Part shown: positions 1-9,175 of the stretch, piece by piece | Numbering within the stretch: position 1 is the first letter of the stretch | Layout of the letters: each line of letters starts with the position of its first letter | Source: an uncultured virus (IMG/VR IMGVR_UViG_2860837431_000002) | Taxonomy: Duplodnaviria; Heunggongvirae; Uroviricota; Caudoviricetes | Length of the DNA: 64,000 nt | IMG/VR virus record: IMGVR_UViG_2860837431_000002 | Coordinates: 62,001 to 126,000 of that record | Reading direction: 5' to 3' (one strand) | Notes under the pieces: model-generated | What the model was told of the DNA's origin: nothing | What the model saw: only the letters and a program-made list of their open reading frames with translations | Database searches by the model: none | Made by a program: the position numbers and the translations under genes

Positions 1-18
1 GTATGTTGAATAAATTAT

Positions 19-210
19 GTGGGTGATCTTGTGGAAGAGAAGTTTGAAACAAACGGGTATGATACTTCAATCGTTTATGATTACAAAGAATATCCAGATG
101 TAAAATACGGACGCTGCGACAACTGTGATTACACACTGTTCAAAAGCTCTGTGAAGAGTGGAATATTCTTGCGTGAATGCCGGCGTTGCGGTATGAAAAA
201 GAGCATATAG
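19..210 (+). CDS. Small zinc-ribbon protein (start may be GTG 31)
   Basis: CDNC...CRRC cysteine pairs; ends at a hairpin terminator. Confidence 0.65.
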   Translation: MGDLVEEKFETNGYDTSIVYDYKEYPDVKYGRCDNCDYTLFKSSVKSGIFLRECRRCGMKKSI

Positions 211-227
211 ATTAATGCTCTTTTTTG
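196..227. terminator. Bidirectional intrinsic terminator
   Basis: AAAAAGAGCAT-loop-ATGCTCTTTTTT between convergent ORFs. Confidence 0.75.
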
Positions 228-247
228 TAATATTGAACCCTTAATCA

Positions 248-883
248 CTAGTTATGATGGTATTCTTTAATTCCATCAGAAGATATCACAACAGAATAAG
301 CTGTTTTACCAATCATTTCATCGTCTGCCCGCTTTATTGCTTTAAAATTAAGTCGTGCAAAGTTTCTCGGATTTTTATAATAGTGATCTCGCTTTAACAC
401 TTCTGCAGATATAAACCTTATAGCTTCTTTCTCTGCATCTCCGTTGCTGTTTGAGTTCAATTTTACACTTAATTCTTCAATTTCTAGACCACTATAATCA
501 TCATCTGATGAAAAACCAAATAATTTTGGTTCGTGTTGTCGCATGAACCCGACATAAAATACAGATACTGGTTTGATTCCAGGATAGACCGCTTCGAAAT
601 GTGCTTTCCCGTATTTAAATGAGTCTCTAAAAATACCAAGTGGGTCAATGCTATGCAGATTTAAAACATCAACATTTTGATTTAGCAATTCAAATGCCTT
701 TTCTGCTATTAGAGTGGATCCAGCAAACGAAACAATGTACTTATTGTCTATTATTTTTATCTTAATATAGTCATCTGATTTAATTTTTAACAATTCACCA
801 GAGCAGCTGTCTGTTTCTGTCTGTCTTTTATCAGCAGTCATTATTATGTTATTGCTCCATTTTACTGCTACAATCATCGTCAT
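248..883 (-). CDS. Proteasome beta/HslV-like N-terminal threonine (Ntn) hydrolase fold protein
   Basis: After Met removal: Thr1, Asp17, Arg19 (TMIVAVKWSNNIIMTADKR), then KIKII and FAGS motifs. Confidence 0.7.
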   Translation of the reverse strand: MTMIVAVKWSNNIIMTADKRQTETDSCSGELLKIKSDDYIKIKIIDNKYIVSFAGSTLIAEKAFELLNQNVDVLNLHSIDPLGIFRDSFKYGKAHFEAVYPGIKPVSVFYVGFMRQHEPKLFGFSSDDDYSGLEIEELSVKLNSNSNGDAEKEAIRFISAEVLKRDHYYKNPRNFARLNFKAIKRADDEMIGKTAYSVVISSDGIKEYHHN

Positions 884-946
884 TTATAAATTCAAATCTC
901 CCTAATATTAAAAATAAGAATTACTGATACACCCTTACTCTTGGAA

Positions 947-974
947 TCTGAATAAAAGTACGATTTTATGCAGA
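947..974. repeat. 28-bp 11-6-11 dyad site, copy 1
   Basis: TCTGAATAAAA-GTACGA-TTTTATGCAGA. Confidence 0.85.
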
Positions 975-1025
975 CCTAGAAAACTTGTAATTCCTTCCTA
1001 TGCTTGTAACTTTAGTATACCATTT

Positions 1026-1253
1026 TCATCCTGAGTGATCGATATGGTTATGATCTTTTTGGAAAATCAATAACTCATGCAGCTCGATGTTTAGGTATGT
1101 ACATACCTTATCCAACAGCTCTCTCGGATACCGCTCCATTTCATCTCTGTATAGCTTTCTGACAGTCGGATACTCATGATCAATATCTCTGGATAGCTGC
1201 CTAATACTGATCTTCCTTTCGTCTAATATGGGCTTTAAATTAGATTTAATCAA
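1026..1253 (-). CDS. yopB: Cro/CI-type HTH transcriptional regulator
   Basis: 75 aa HTH ([21 protein letters not shown]); next to yopA. Confidence 0.85.
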   Translation of the reverse strand: MIKSNLKPILDERKISIRQLSRDIDHEYPTVRKLYRDEMERYPRELLDKVCTYLNIELHELLIFQKDHNHIDHSG

Positions 1254-1506
1254 AATTCCACTCTTTTCATTTGTCTTTTATTGATATCTTATAGTAATCA
1301 ATTGATTCATAAAAAAGACCAAGATAAGACTTGGTCAATAATGCATAAATCTAAGTGTTTTTCGTTCTTATGCGTGAACCAAACCGAAAACCGTTTAAAC
1401 CTTTTTAACTTTTTACAACATAGATACTTAGTCAAAAGCAAATGTTTTTTTTACGGCAACTCCGAGAAATTTTTCTCGCTAACTGTAAATCCTTATAAAG
1501 ACGTTT

Positions 1507-2838
1507 TTATGTTTGATTGTCTCTTGTTTTCCAAGGGACAAGTTCATACACTCCTTCTATTATAGGTACCTTCAAACGGTTTACATAACTTCCTTCATAC
1601 CCCAATATTCCAAGTGTTAGTAATTCAAGATACCAAACACCAAGATAAAGTACATGGAGCTTATCTGTCGGATTGTCAAAATCAAGTTCCCTTGTAGGAT
1701 GGACTATATTATTCCTAAATACAGTAAAAAGGTGTGGTCCATCGTCATAATAATCCTTATTGTCAATAAAGAGTTTTGGTATTGATAAGTCAATTGAAAA
1801 TCTAGATAATATTTCTCTAAATTTCTCTGCTGCATTCATAGACTTATATTTAGATTTACTAATCTTGGATTTTCCATCTACAATAAGATATACCCATGCC
1901 AAAGTTTCCAATGCAACCTGAACAGATACCACCTTGTTTTCCACTATACTTGATGAATGTGCTTGGGAGTACCAACTCAATACTTCCCATAAAACCTTAT
2001 TCCAAAAAGGATCTTCTTGCTTCTCAATCACCTTTGGAAATAAATGTTCTAAGGATAGAGATTTTTGTTTTGGGAACCAAGTAATATTATTAGTCCAGCC
2101 ATCTATTAATGGAGCTTGGTATTTCCTCCATATTACCTCCTGGTTGTGGTATCCTTCCAATGTGGGGATAGCAACATGTCTACCTACTGAAAAGGATAAT
2201 AACCAATAAAGCCCTGAGATGAGTGGTTCTACCTCTTTAGTATTAAATAATTTATCATCCACTCTTTTTAAATATCCCACATGTGTTATTAAGTATCCGC
2301 CCGAATTTTTTAATCTATTAAAGATTTTTTTGTTTGAATAGTCATATCGCTTATCCAAAATTATTTCCCAATCTTTATATTTTAAATTTGTTCTCCCTGA
2401 AAATTTAAACCTTCCATTCACAATTCCTCTACCAAAATCATTTACGAAGTTAACCACCGTGAATTCCATTCTAGTCACTTTAGTTTCAGCTGAGGTTAAA
2501 ACAGAATGCTTTAGTACCCCCGATACTTTTTTCTCTTTACTTCCGTCTGTTATACTTGTAATAAGAACTTCAGATTTCATAAATCCAGGTACATTAATCA
2601 TTATATTATTACTTTTCATTGCCTTTCTAAATTCTAAAGGCTTGCTAAGATTACCTGAAACGGCTCCTTCAAATATTAGTCTAGCTTTTGGTAAAAATGC
2701 AATTTTAACTTCTCCGATGATTTCAAAAAAATCATCAGCAACTTCAATTGTAAAGTGGCCAATATAGATTTTAATCGGTTCATTAATATCGTACTCTAGG
2801 AAGGAGGATTCAAGAGCTATATTTCCCAAATTTATCAC
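1507..2838 (-). CDS. yopA: YopA; ApeA-like protein with C-terminal HEPN RxxxxH motif
   Basis: 443 aa, SPbeta synteny, FRNNIVH near C-terminus. Confidence 0.8.
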   Translation of the reverse strand: MINLGNIALESSFLEYDINEPIKIYIGHFTIEVADDFFEIIGEVKIAFLPKARLIFEGAVSGNLSKPLEFRKAMKSNNIMINVPGFMKSEVLITSITDGSKEKKVSGVLKHSVLTSAETKVTRMEFTVVNFVNDFGRGIVNGRFKFSGRTNLKYKDWEIILDKRYDYSNKKIFNRLKNSGGYLITHVGYLKRVDDKLFNTKEVEPLISGLYWLLSFSVGRHVAIPTLEGYHNQEVIWRKYQAPLIDGWTNNITWFPKQKSLSLEHLFPKVIEKQEDPFWNKVLWEVLSWYSQAHSSSIVENKVVSVQVALETLAWVYLIVDGKSKISKSKYKSMNAAEKFREILSRFSIDLSIPKLFIDNKDYYDDGPHLFTVFRNNIVHPTRELDFDNPTDKLHVLYLGVWYLELLTLGILGYEGSYVNRLKVPIIEGVYELVPWKTRDNQT

Positions 2839-3038
2839 CTAATTATTTTCTCGAATTTTAAAGTCTATTATTTAAGTTCTTCATTACTTTTCTAATTCCT
2901 TCACTAAGGAGGTGATTCCCCTTAGAGTTCCAGACCTGCTGCTTTTAATTCTCTGTCCTTAATTCTATGCGATTATTTATTAAACCCGTCTTTTCCAGAT
3001 TGATCTTGACCACTGTATAGCTTTCTTTAAAATGTGCA

Positions 3039-3066
3039 TTTAAATGAAACTGCTGTTTTATACAGA
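3039..3066. repeat. 28-bp dyad site, copy 2 (a degenerate copy at 3022-3049 overlaps it)
   Basis: TTTAAATGAAA-CTGCTG-TTTTATACAGA overlapping the stop of ORF 3058-3279. Confidence 0.65.
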
Positions 3067-3279
3067 TATCTCTTTAAGCCAACACCCGTTTGAAGTGTAA
3101 AAATTAGCCACCACATTTCCTTTATGACTGCCATTAATAATGCTTCTAATTGCTGACTTGAGTGATCCAGTAAAATACTCAGTTTTATTACACACTGAAC
3201 CTGAACTGTCATACTGTGTGAGCTTTAATTCAATCCTAAATGTATCATTCCATAATGTAAGAGTTTTTTCTACTGTCAC
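3058..3279 (-). CDS. Hypothetical phage protein (yoyI position)
   Basis: GTG start with GGAGG SD, overlapping the upstream stop. Confidence 0.75.
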   Translation of the reverse strand: MTVEKTLTLWNDTFRIELKLTQYDSSGSVCNKTEYFTGSLKSAIRSIINGSHKGNVVANFYTSNGCWLKEISV

Positions 3280-3677
3280 TGCGCACCTCCGTTATTTGAC
3301 ATGTATCTCATATCGATTAGAGCTTCGAAAGTTGTATTGATAATTGCTGTCACACTGTTTGTATTGTATGACCTATACGGCATATCCTCATGTTCATTTA
3401 TCGCAAATTCGTACATGTTGATATCCTTATCGAATGCCAGTTTGAAGTCTTTGAATCTGTCATCAGCCTCTAACGCTTCAAGAATATCTATAACTAAATT
3501 CATATCACTCTGCATATGGTCTATACGACATCTGTAATTTCCGTCAAAATCAAATAGACTTACGGGCGATCTATTTCCTTTGCCTGTGTACGGATGCATT
3601 TTCAATAAATCAGTTATGATCACTTTAATTTTTCCGTCTTTTTTCTCCCATAAATCGATCGTGCCTTCTTTCATCAT
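3276..3677 (-). CDS. Hypothetical phage protein (yonX position)
   Basis: AAGGAGG SD before ATG 3677; the ORF-track start at 3722 runs through a dyad site and is unlikely. Confidence 0.75.
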   Translation of the reverse strand: MMKEGTIDLWEKKDGKIKVIITDLLKMHPYTGKGNRSPVSLFDFDGNYRCRIDHMQSDMNLVIDILEALEADDRFKDFKLAFDKDINMYEFAINEHEDMPYRSYNTNSVTAIINTTFEALIDMRYMSNNGGAQ

Positions 3678-3689
3678 TCCGCCCTCCTT

Positions 3690-3717
3690 TATGTATAAAA
3701 TTGTTGTTTTATTTAGA
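3690..3717. repeat. 28-bp dyad site, copy 3
   Basis: TATGTATAAAA-TTGTTG-TTTTATTTAGA, intergenic. Confidence 0.85.
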
Positions 3718-3722
3718 TTCAC

Positions 3723-4160
3723 TTATAACTTTTTCAGTTGCTGTAACGTTTGTCTTGCTTTTTCTAAATAAGCATCATCATTAAAGATTCTATACAAAGT
3801 CATATAATCATTATGTTTATCAAGAATTTGGTCTACTGTTCTTGTCTCTTTTAAAATGTACTCCTTTTCAATAGCTTTTTCTGTTTCTGCATTTTTGGAT
3901 ACATCGCTGCTCTTTTGTTCGATTTCCCCTGATTGCTCTAAAAGCTGAACAATGTCCATGCTAACTTTGTAATTTCTTTTGCCAAATTGGATGGTGGCCT
4001 CGCCCCAAAACATTTGATAATCAACCAGTACCCCTTGAGATCCTTTTTTCTTTAAAACTCTGTCTCCAGAAATCGTCGTGTGATTTTCTGTTAATATAAC
4101 AGTACTTCCAATTAGATTATGAAGTTCTTTTTGAGACAATTTTTTAAGTGTTGTTTTCAT
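3723..4160 (-). CDS. Hypothetical phage protein
   Basis: 145 aa ORF with AAGGGG SD. Confidence 0.8.
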   Translation of the reverse strand: MKTTLKKLSQKELHNLIGSTVILTENHTTISGDRVLKKKGSQGVLVDYQMFWGEATIQFGKRNYKVSMDIVQLLEQSGEIEQKSSDVSKNAETEKAIEKEYILKETRTVDQILDKHNDYMTLYRIFNDDAYLEKARQTLQQLKKL

Positions 4161-4181
4161 TTTAAATATCCCCTTTTTTCT

Positions 4182-4260
4182 ATATTATTTGTATTTGTTA
4201 TTTATATTATAACTTGATAATCTATAATGTTCAATAATTAAATACATATTTTTTGTATTT
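4182..4260 (-). promoter_or_regulatory. Two copies of the AAATACAAA(T/A)AATAT operator-like element
   Basis: 4182-4196 is the exact reverse complement of 9944-9958; 4246-4260 has one mismatch. Confidence 0.6.
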
Positions 4261-4475
4261 GATATAGTGTTAATATTAATTGCTCATGAGGGGGTTTGGG
4301 GGTGGTGTGAGCAAAAATTGTTCAGGTGAGGAACGAACCGTTTTGAACAATTAGCAGCACCCCCATTCTCTTATTTTATTATTTAATTTATTTTTGTCTC
4401 TCTTAAAGACTTAGACGGAAAAACCCTTGGTATTATTGAGCTTTTTTAAGAGTTTAAGAGGTTTATTCTCTTTAA

Positions 4476-5693
4476 CTACCCATTTAACCATTCAATTAGC
4501 AGCTCCCTCATCCTTAATGAGGGTATGTATAATGTTATTTCTTCACCATCTCTAATTGCAGATCTCCAAATCCATTGTACTAATTCGGATAATGCAAATG
4601 CATCTTGATCAATTGTTATTTGATATTTCTCTTTAAAATAATTATATAGAACAGTGTTAACGTATCTGTTTATTGTATACACCAAGTGTTTTTTGTGCTT
4701 AAAATCATTGGTAGCTCTTGCATTACATGACACAAACCCTTTTGTATATCCATTCCCCTTTACTTTGTTTTTGTGTTCTGAATAAGTCGTCCACATAGCT
4801 TCATCACTTGATGACTTAACAATGTTGTTAAAGTAATTGAATACATTGTTCTTTACCTTCTTGATCGTATATGGTGATTTATTTTTATACCAATTAGATG
4901 ATAATGAATAATCCAATTGGCCAACTGTATTTAAGTTACCTTCATATATTTTTATTTTATTTCTTAATTGAGCCTTTAGAATACTCTCATATTCAGTATT
5001 ATGTTTAGTAAACCTGTATTGCCCATCTATAAATTCAGAAACGTATTTTTGATACTTGATATTGTTTATATCATAATAATATCTTTGTATTTGAGCATCA
5101 AACATGTAAGTGAGTATATAAACTTCTTTAAACAACTTGAATATATCTGCAGGAAAATTCCAAATCAATATATTGTCTTTAAAGTACATCAGATTATTGT
5201 TTAAAGCCATATCGCGAATATCATCATAACGTGTTTCATAGTCCTTTTTTTCTTCATTCCATTTGACAAATCCGCCTTCAACATATATTAACTTTGATTC
5301 AAATAGTGTAGTTAGATCATGCTTCTTAACACGTAACTGTTCAACTACTTCCATAACTTCATCTAATATCAATGTATAGTTGCCTGAAAGCATCAGCTCC
5401 TTTGTTTCGTCATTAGCATTTTTGAATAGATTATGTGTAGCAACAATATTTTTGTTCTGAGATAAAAGTTCATGAAATGACTCAAACTTATATTGTGTTT
5501 TGTCACCTTTCTTCTTTACTTTAGGTTCATAAATTTGTTTACTGCTTATGCTCTTCTTAATGCGATCCACTTCATCCAAGTACGGTGTAATGAAAATAAA
5601 ATTTTCGTCTGTCCCTGAGTTATTCATCATGTCAATTGCTGCAGATGTTTTACCGCTACCCATAATAGAATCCACTATTTTTATCCTTGTCAT
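4476..5693 (-). CDS. yonV: YonV, P-loop NTPase/helicase-like protein
   Basis: Walker A MGSGKT, Walker B LILDE; synteny. Confidence 0.85.
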   Translation of the reverse strand: MTRIKIVDSIMGSGKTSAAIDMMNNSGTDENFIFITPYLDEVDRIKKSISSKQIYEPKVKKKGDKTQYKFESFHELLSQNKNIVATHNLFKNANDETKELMLSGNYTLILDEVMEVVEQLRVKKHDLTTLFESKLIYVEGGFVKWNEEKKDYETRYDDIRDMALNNNLMYFKDNILIWNFPADIFKLFKEVYILTYMFDAQIQRYYYDINNIKYQKYVSEFIDGQYRFTKHNTEYESILKAQLRNKIKIYEGNLNTVGQLDYSLSSNWYKNKSPYTIKKVKNNVFNYFNNIVKSSSDEAMWTTYSEHKNKVKGNGYTKGFVSCNARATNDFKHKKHLVYTINRYVNTVLYNYFKEKYQITIDQDAFALSELVQWIWRSAIRDGEEITLYIPSLRMRELLIEWLNG

Positions 5694-5711
5694 AAATCTT
5701 ATCCTTTCCTT

Positions 5712-6557
5712 TTAACCATTTTTCAACCATTCTGAAAGTAGTTCTTCCATTCGTAGTGAAGGAATGAAAATTGTTAAAGGTTTATTGATATTTCCACAGT
5801 TTACTATCCATTTTAAGATCAATGATAAAGCATATGTATCTTCATCCAACGATGATAACTCTTTGTATTTTGCAAGTAAAAATGAATTTGGAAAACAATT
5901 AGCTGCAAAGCAAAGATAACTTTTCTTTTCCTTTAGATCTTGCCCATTGAGTGGTACAAATCTTTTCTTGTTCCCTTTAAATTCTAATTGCCTTGCGTAT
6001 TGCGTGAATGTTGTCCAGCAACGATCTTTACTCATTGAACTTGTTTGATTATAAAAATAATTGTTCATATTCAATTTTAGTTGTTGCACATCTTTAGTGT
6101 TCTTACTGAACCAGGTCTTACTGTAATCATATTTAAATTTTCCGCTATGAAGTAACTTACCTCTTTTCTTATGAATCATTAAATTCTTCCTTAAAAGCTG
6201 TTGTGTTTCCTCTGAAAGTTTTTTGCAATAGAACACATCTTCCACAAAATCAGTTGGCGCCGAAATATTGTGCATTGTAGTAGAGCTTAATACATTATAA
6301 AGGTTGTTTATGTCTTCTCTATCTAACCACATTTGTTCAATTGTAAGTAAATCATTTTTGTTCTCAACATACTCCAATATTTCAAATGTGAAATCATTTA
6401 AACTATATTTATCCCAATCCTTTTGAAGAAGATGTGAATGGTGTAAACCATAATGTAGATCAGTTACATGCTGCTTCCATCGTTTAAATACGTTTATACT
6501 GCTACCTATATATTTCTTCCCGTTAAGTTTATTTGTTATTTGGTAAATCCCCCTCAT
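5712..6557 (-). CDS. GIY-YIG endonuclease fused to a YonV-C-terminus-like domain
   Basis: GIYQI...YIGSS...RW..H; C-terminal IPSLRMEELLSEWLKNG parallels YonV IPSLRMRELLIEWLNG. Confidence 0.85.
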   Translation of the reverse strand: MRGIYQITNKLNGKKYIGSSINVFKRWKQHVTDLHYGLHHSHLLQKDWDKYSLNDFTFEILEYVENKNDLLTIEQMWLDREDINNLYNVLSSTTMHNISAPTDFVEDVFYCKKLSEETQQLLRKNLMIHKKRGKLLHSGKFKYDYSKTWFSKNTKDVQQLKLNMNNYFYNQTSSMSKDRCWTTFTQYARQLEFKGNKKRFVPLNGQDLKEKKSYLCFAANCFPNSFLLAKYKELSSLDEDTYALSLILKWIVNCGNINKPLTIFIPSLRMEELLSEWLKNG

Positions 6558-6677
6558 TCATTGACTCCTTTTAACATCTTTATTCTCTCCATATAATCTC
6601 CTTATATTTTTAATTTGTATTCAAAAATAAGGAACGATAATTGTCTTACCGCTCCCTTATTTATAACGCATATTTAA

Positions 6678-6866
6678 TTATCCTTTTTCTTTTTGCTGCA
6701 CGATTAATCCTGAATCATCTTGTTTTACTTTGTTTATTTCTTTTCTGTATTCAAAAAGGTCTTTATCAATTCTGACAGTTGCTTCTTTGATGGAGTCAAT
6801 ATCTTTCTTGAGCATTTCCAATTCCTTTGTTAGCTGCTGAATAGCATCCAGGAATTTTTTCTCCAA
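6678..6866 (-). CDS. yonU: Small coiled-coil phage protein
   Basis: 62 aa, GAGGTG SD, synteny. Confidence 0.8.
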   Translation of the reverse strand: MEKKFLDAIQQLTKELEMLKKDIDSIKEATVRIDKDLFEYRKEINKVKQDDSGLIVQQKEKG

Positions 6867-6910
6867 TCATCTCACCTCAATGATTTAATTATACCATGAG
6901 GCCTATAAGA

Positions 6911-7162
6911 TTAGTGTGACTTGTTTCTTAGTTTAAGGAATACAAAATAGATGATCCACAACAATATGGCAATGATACATGTGACTATGAATATTATATT
7001 GATTAGTGTTTGTGCTTCGCTGCTGAAGTAATCCTTAATGAGTTGAAACATTAAGAATAAGCCAATGAATGTGATATGGGTAAACCATAATGAGAATCGT
7101 TTCATGTTTGCAATGTGCTTGATCATGTTATAATATGGGTAGGAACTAAAGGAGAAGTTCAT
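6911..7162 (-). CDS. yoyJ: Two-TM membrane protein of the yonT-yoyJ/SR6 type I TA locus
   Basis: 83 aa hydrophobic protein immediately downstream of yonT. Confidence 0.8.
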   Translation of the reverse strand: MNFSFSSYPYYNMIKHIANMKRFSLWFTHITFIGLFLMFQLIKDYFSSEAQTLINIIFIVTCIIAILLWIIYFVFLKLRNKSH

Positions 7163-7245
7163 TCCCCTTTAGCTTAGCTCTCATCGGCGTATACGTTGGC
7201 GTTGTCTCTTTGGTCGGAGCCGCTTGCGTATACGCTTTTTCTTTT
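7141..7245 (+). ncRNA. SR6-like antisense antitoxin RNA (ends approximate)
   Basis: Extended -10 TGTTATAAT at 7126-7134 on +; GCGTATACG...TGCGTATACGC-TTTT hairpin; overlaps yonT 3' end and yoyJ 5' end. Confidence 0.6.
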
Positions 7246-7357
7246 TGCTTGTCCCATTCTTTAGGTTTCTTACCTTCTCAACTATTGTTAGACTGTTGAT
7301 TGTAAGAACCGTTAAAGATATGAGAAAAGCAACTATGATACCCACTTTCTCAAGCAC
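7181..7357 (-). CDS. yonT: Type I toxin YonT (58 aa)
   Basis: N-terminal TM helix and highly basic tail; GTG start after AGGAGG. Confidence 0.9.
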   Translation of the reverse strand: MLEKVGIIVAFLISLTVLTINSLTIVEKVRNLKNGTSKKKKRIRKRLRPKRQRQRIRR

Positions 7358-7673
7358 TATGTACACCTCCTTTCCTATGACTCTATTATAACATAATTCA
7401 TGATTTTTATATACATATTTTTTATATTTGTAGTGAGATATTTGTGTGTTGATGGATGGTATTAAGATGCCTTGTCTGCTGTTTGATTGGGAAGAAATAC
7501 AATTGGATTGGGAATTGATTAAGGATGCTTAGAGACGTGTTATATTCAATTTGAGAGCGTGTGAGTGTGATGAGTGGTTAGTGTAGGATATATGATTGGA
7601 TTAGGAACATTTAATAAGATGCTTTTATTGTATATTTGTGAATTAAGACTAATGCAAGCCATTCCCAGCAGTA

Positions 7674-7817
7674 TTACTCAGATGAACGGTTTTTGTAATG
7701 AACTATTATTTTTAACCTATCTGCAATTAGTTCCAAGTCCCATGAACCATGCACTGTAATACTGATGCCGGTGTAAATTTTCCGTATTCTTTCCTCAAGA
7801 AGTGATAAATGATACAA
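7674..7817 (-). pseudogene. Truncated ImmA/IrrE-like anti-repressor protease N-terminal remnant
   Basis: AGGAGG SD, TTG start, MYHLSLLEERIRKIYTGISITVHGSWDLELIADRLKIIVHY then stop; LexA-like box CAAAC-TTAT-GTTCG at 7843-7856. Confidence 0.5.
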
Positions 7818-7872
7818 GGTAAAGCCTCCTACCAACCAAACGCAAACTTATGTTCGTTTTTGTTTTCTAAAG

Positions 7873-7897
7873 AAAAGCCCCAAAATAGGGCTTTTTA
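7873..7897. terminator. Intrinsic terminator after yonS
   Basis: AAAAGCCC-loop-GGGCTTTT. Confidence 0.7.
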
Positions 7898-8503
7898 TTA
7901 ATGCTCTAAGTTAATTTTTAAGTCTAGCTTGTCACCTAAAGCCTTTATGTCCTCACTAAATGGAGCAGAGATTCTAAGACGAATTGAATCTAAATCTTTT
8001 ATATCCTCTTCGTTATCAAAAACATAAATGATGGATCCACTATCATTTACTTTCCCCACGTACTCGTCAAGAAGCTCGTCACTTTCCAACAAAGATGGCT
8101 CATCGATTTGTACCCCAGTGCTTGTTGCTAATTGTGCTAGACTTGGTCTGAAACGAACTACTTCATCAGATGTATTTTCTGATTCAATTTGAACATCAAT
8201 AAAAGGTAGTTGTTCGTTGGCAACAGCCGCAATTACTTTTTTTACAGTAAATTGGATCGGGCCAGTTTTCACAGTGGTTTCTTTATTGCTGATGGCCATT
8301 ACTTTAGCTGTACCACCATCAATTTCATAAACATCCCCAACTTTTTCAGGACCATTAACTGAGATGTCTTGGCTTTCTGATGTGTTGGTATCAGTTGCAT
8401 TGTTTGTGTCTTCTGATGATGAAGAAGACTCTTCACTATTTTTGCAAGCTGCGAGCAATATCAGTGAAGTGATTAATAGTAAAATCCCCAATTTTTTAAA
8501 CAA
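7898..8503 (-). CDS. yonS: Lipoprotein YonS
   Basis: Signal peptide with LAAC lipobox, Ser-rich linker. Confidence 0.9.
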   Translation of the reverse strand: MFKKLGILLLITSLILLAACKNSEESSSSSEDTNNATDTNTSESQDISVNGPEKVGDVYEIDGGTAKVMAISNKETTVKTGPIQFTVKKVIAAVANEQLPFIDVQIESENTSDEVVRFRPSLAQLATSTGVQIDEPSLLESDELLDEYVGKVNDSGSIIYVFDNEEDIKDLDSIRLRISAPFSEDIKALGDKLDLKINLEH

Positions 8504-8709
8504 TTTTATTTCCCCTTTTTACTCCAGTTATTTTTTCTTTTTCTTTCGTCTAACTTAATGAATGTTAAACAGTTTGTTTTACAGTATAAACCCGTCCTGA
8601 ACCCTTGGTATATCTATGTTTTTTGAGGGTGTCAAAACTTTAACTTTACACTTTGTTTTCTTTTTATTAAACAAATGTTTTACCAGAAGAATTAAAGAAT
8701 TAAGAATAG

Positions 8710-9039
8710 CTACTGATGTTCGTCGAACTCTTTTTTTAAAAGATAATACAGTAACTCTTTAGCTTGCTCTTCCGAGATCATTCCATTACATCCAGCAATT
8801 AAAGTCTCTGGATCATTTAAGATCTCATCTATAACAAATTGTGGATGTGTGCCTTTTAAAAGAAAGTCAGTAGATACTCCTAATATATCGCTTAATTTAG
8901 TAAGGGTTTTTAAATCAGGTTCAGCCTTACCAATTTCATATTTCCCATATCCCTGTCTCGTAATTCCTAAGAAATCCGCCATCCGTTGCTGGCTATATCC
9001 TTTGGAGGTACGGCATTTTTTTAAACGTTCTCCAAACAT
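8710..9039 (-). CDS. yonR: Xre-family repressor YonR (start ATG 9039)
   Basis: MFGERLKKCR...SQQRMADFLGITRQGYGKYEIGKAEP HTH. Confidence 0.9.
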   Translation of the reverse strand: MFGERLKKCRTSKGYSQQRMADFLGITRQGYGKYEIGKAEPDLKTLTKLSDILGVSTDFLLKGTHPQFVIDEILNDPETLIAGCNGMISEEQAKELLYYLLKKEFDEHQ

Positions 9040-9070
9040 AGTAGGTTCCTCACTTTGACAATTATTATAT

Positions 9071-9175
9071 AAGCAAATAGTTTCGTAAACAAAAAGAAGC
9101 AAAAAGTTTCATAAAATATATCGGAAGAAACTAAAGGTTTCTTTAATTATTAACAGTGTAGAAACAAACTGTTTA
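9071..9175. promoter_or_regulatory. Four operator-like dyads upstream of yonR
   Basis: AAGCAAATAGTTTC 9071, GAAGCAAAAAGTTTC 9096, GAAACTAAAGGTTTC 9127, GAAACAAACTGTTTA 9161. Confidence 0.6.
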
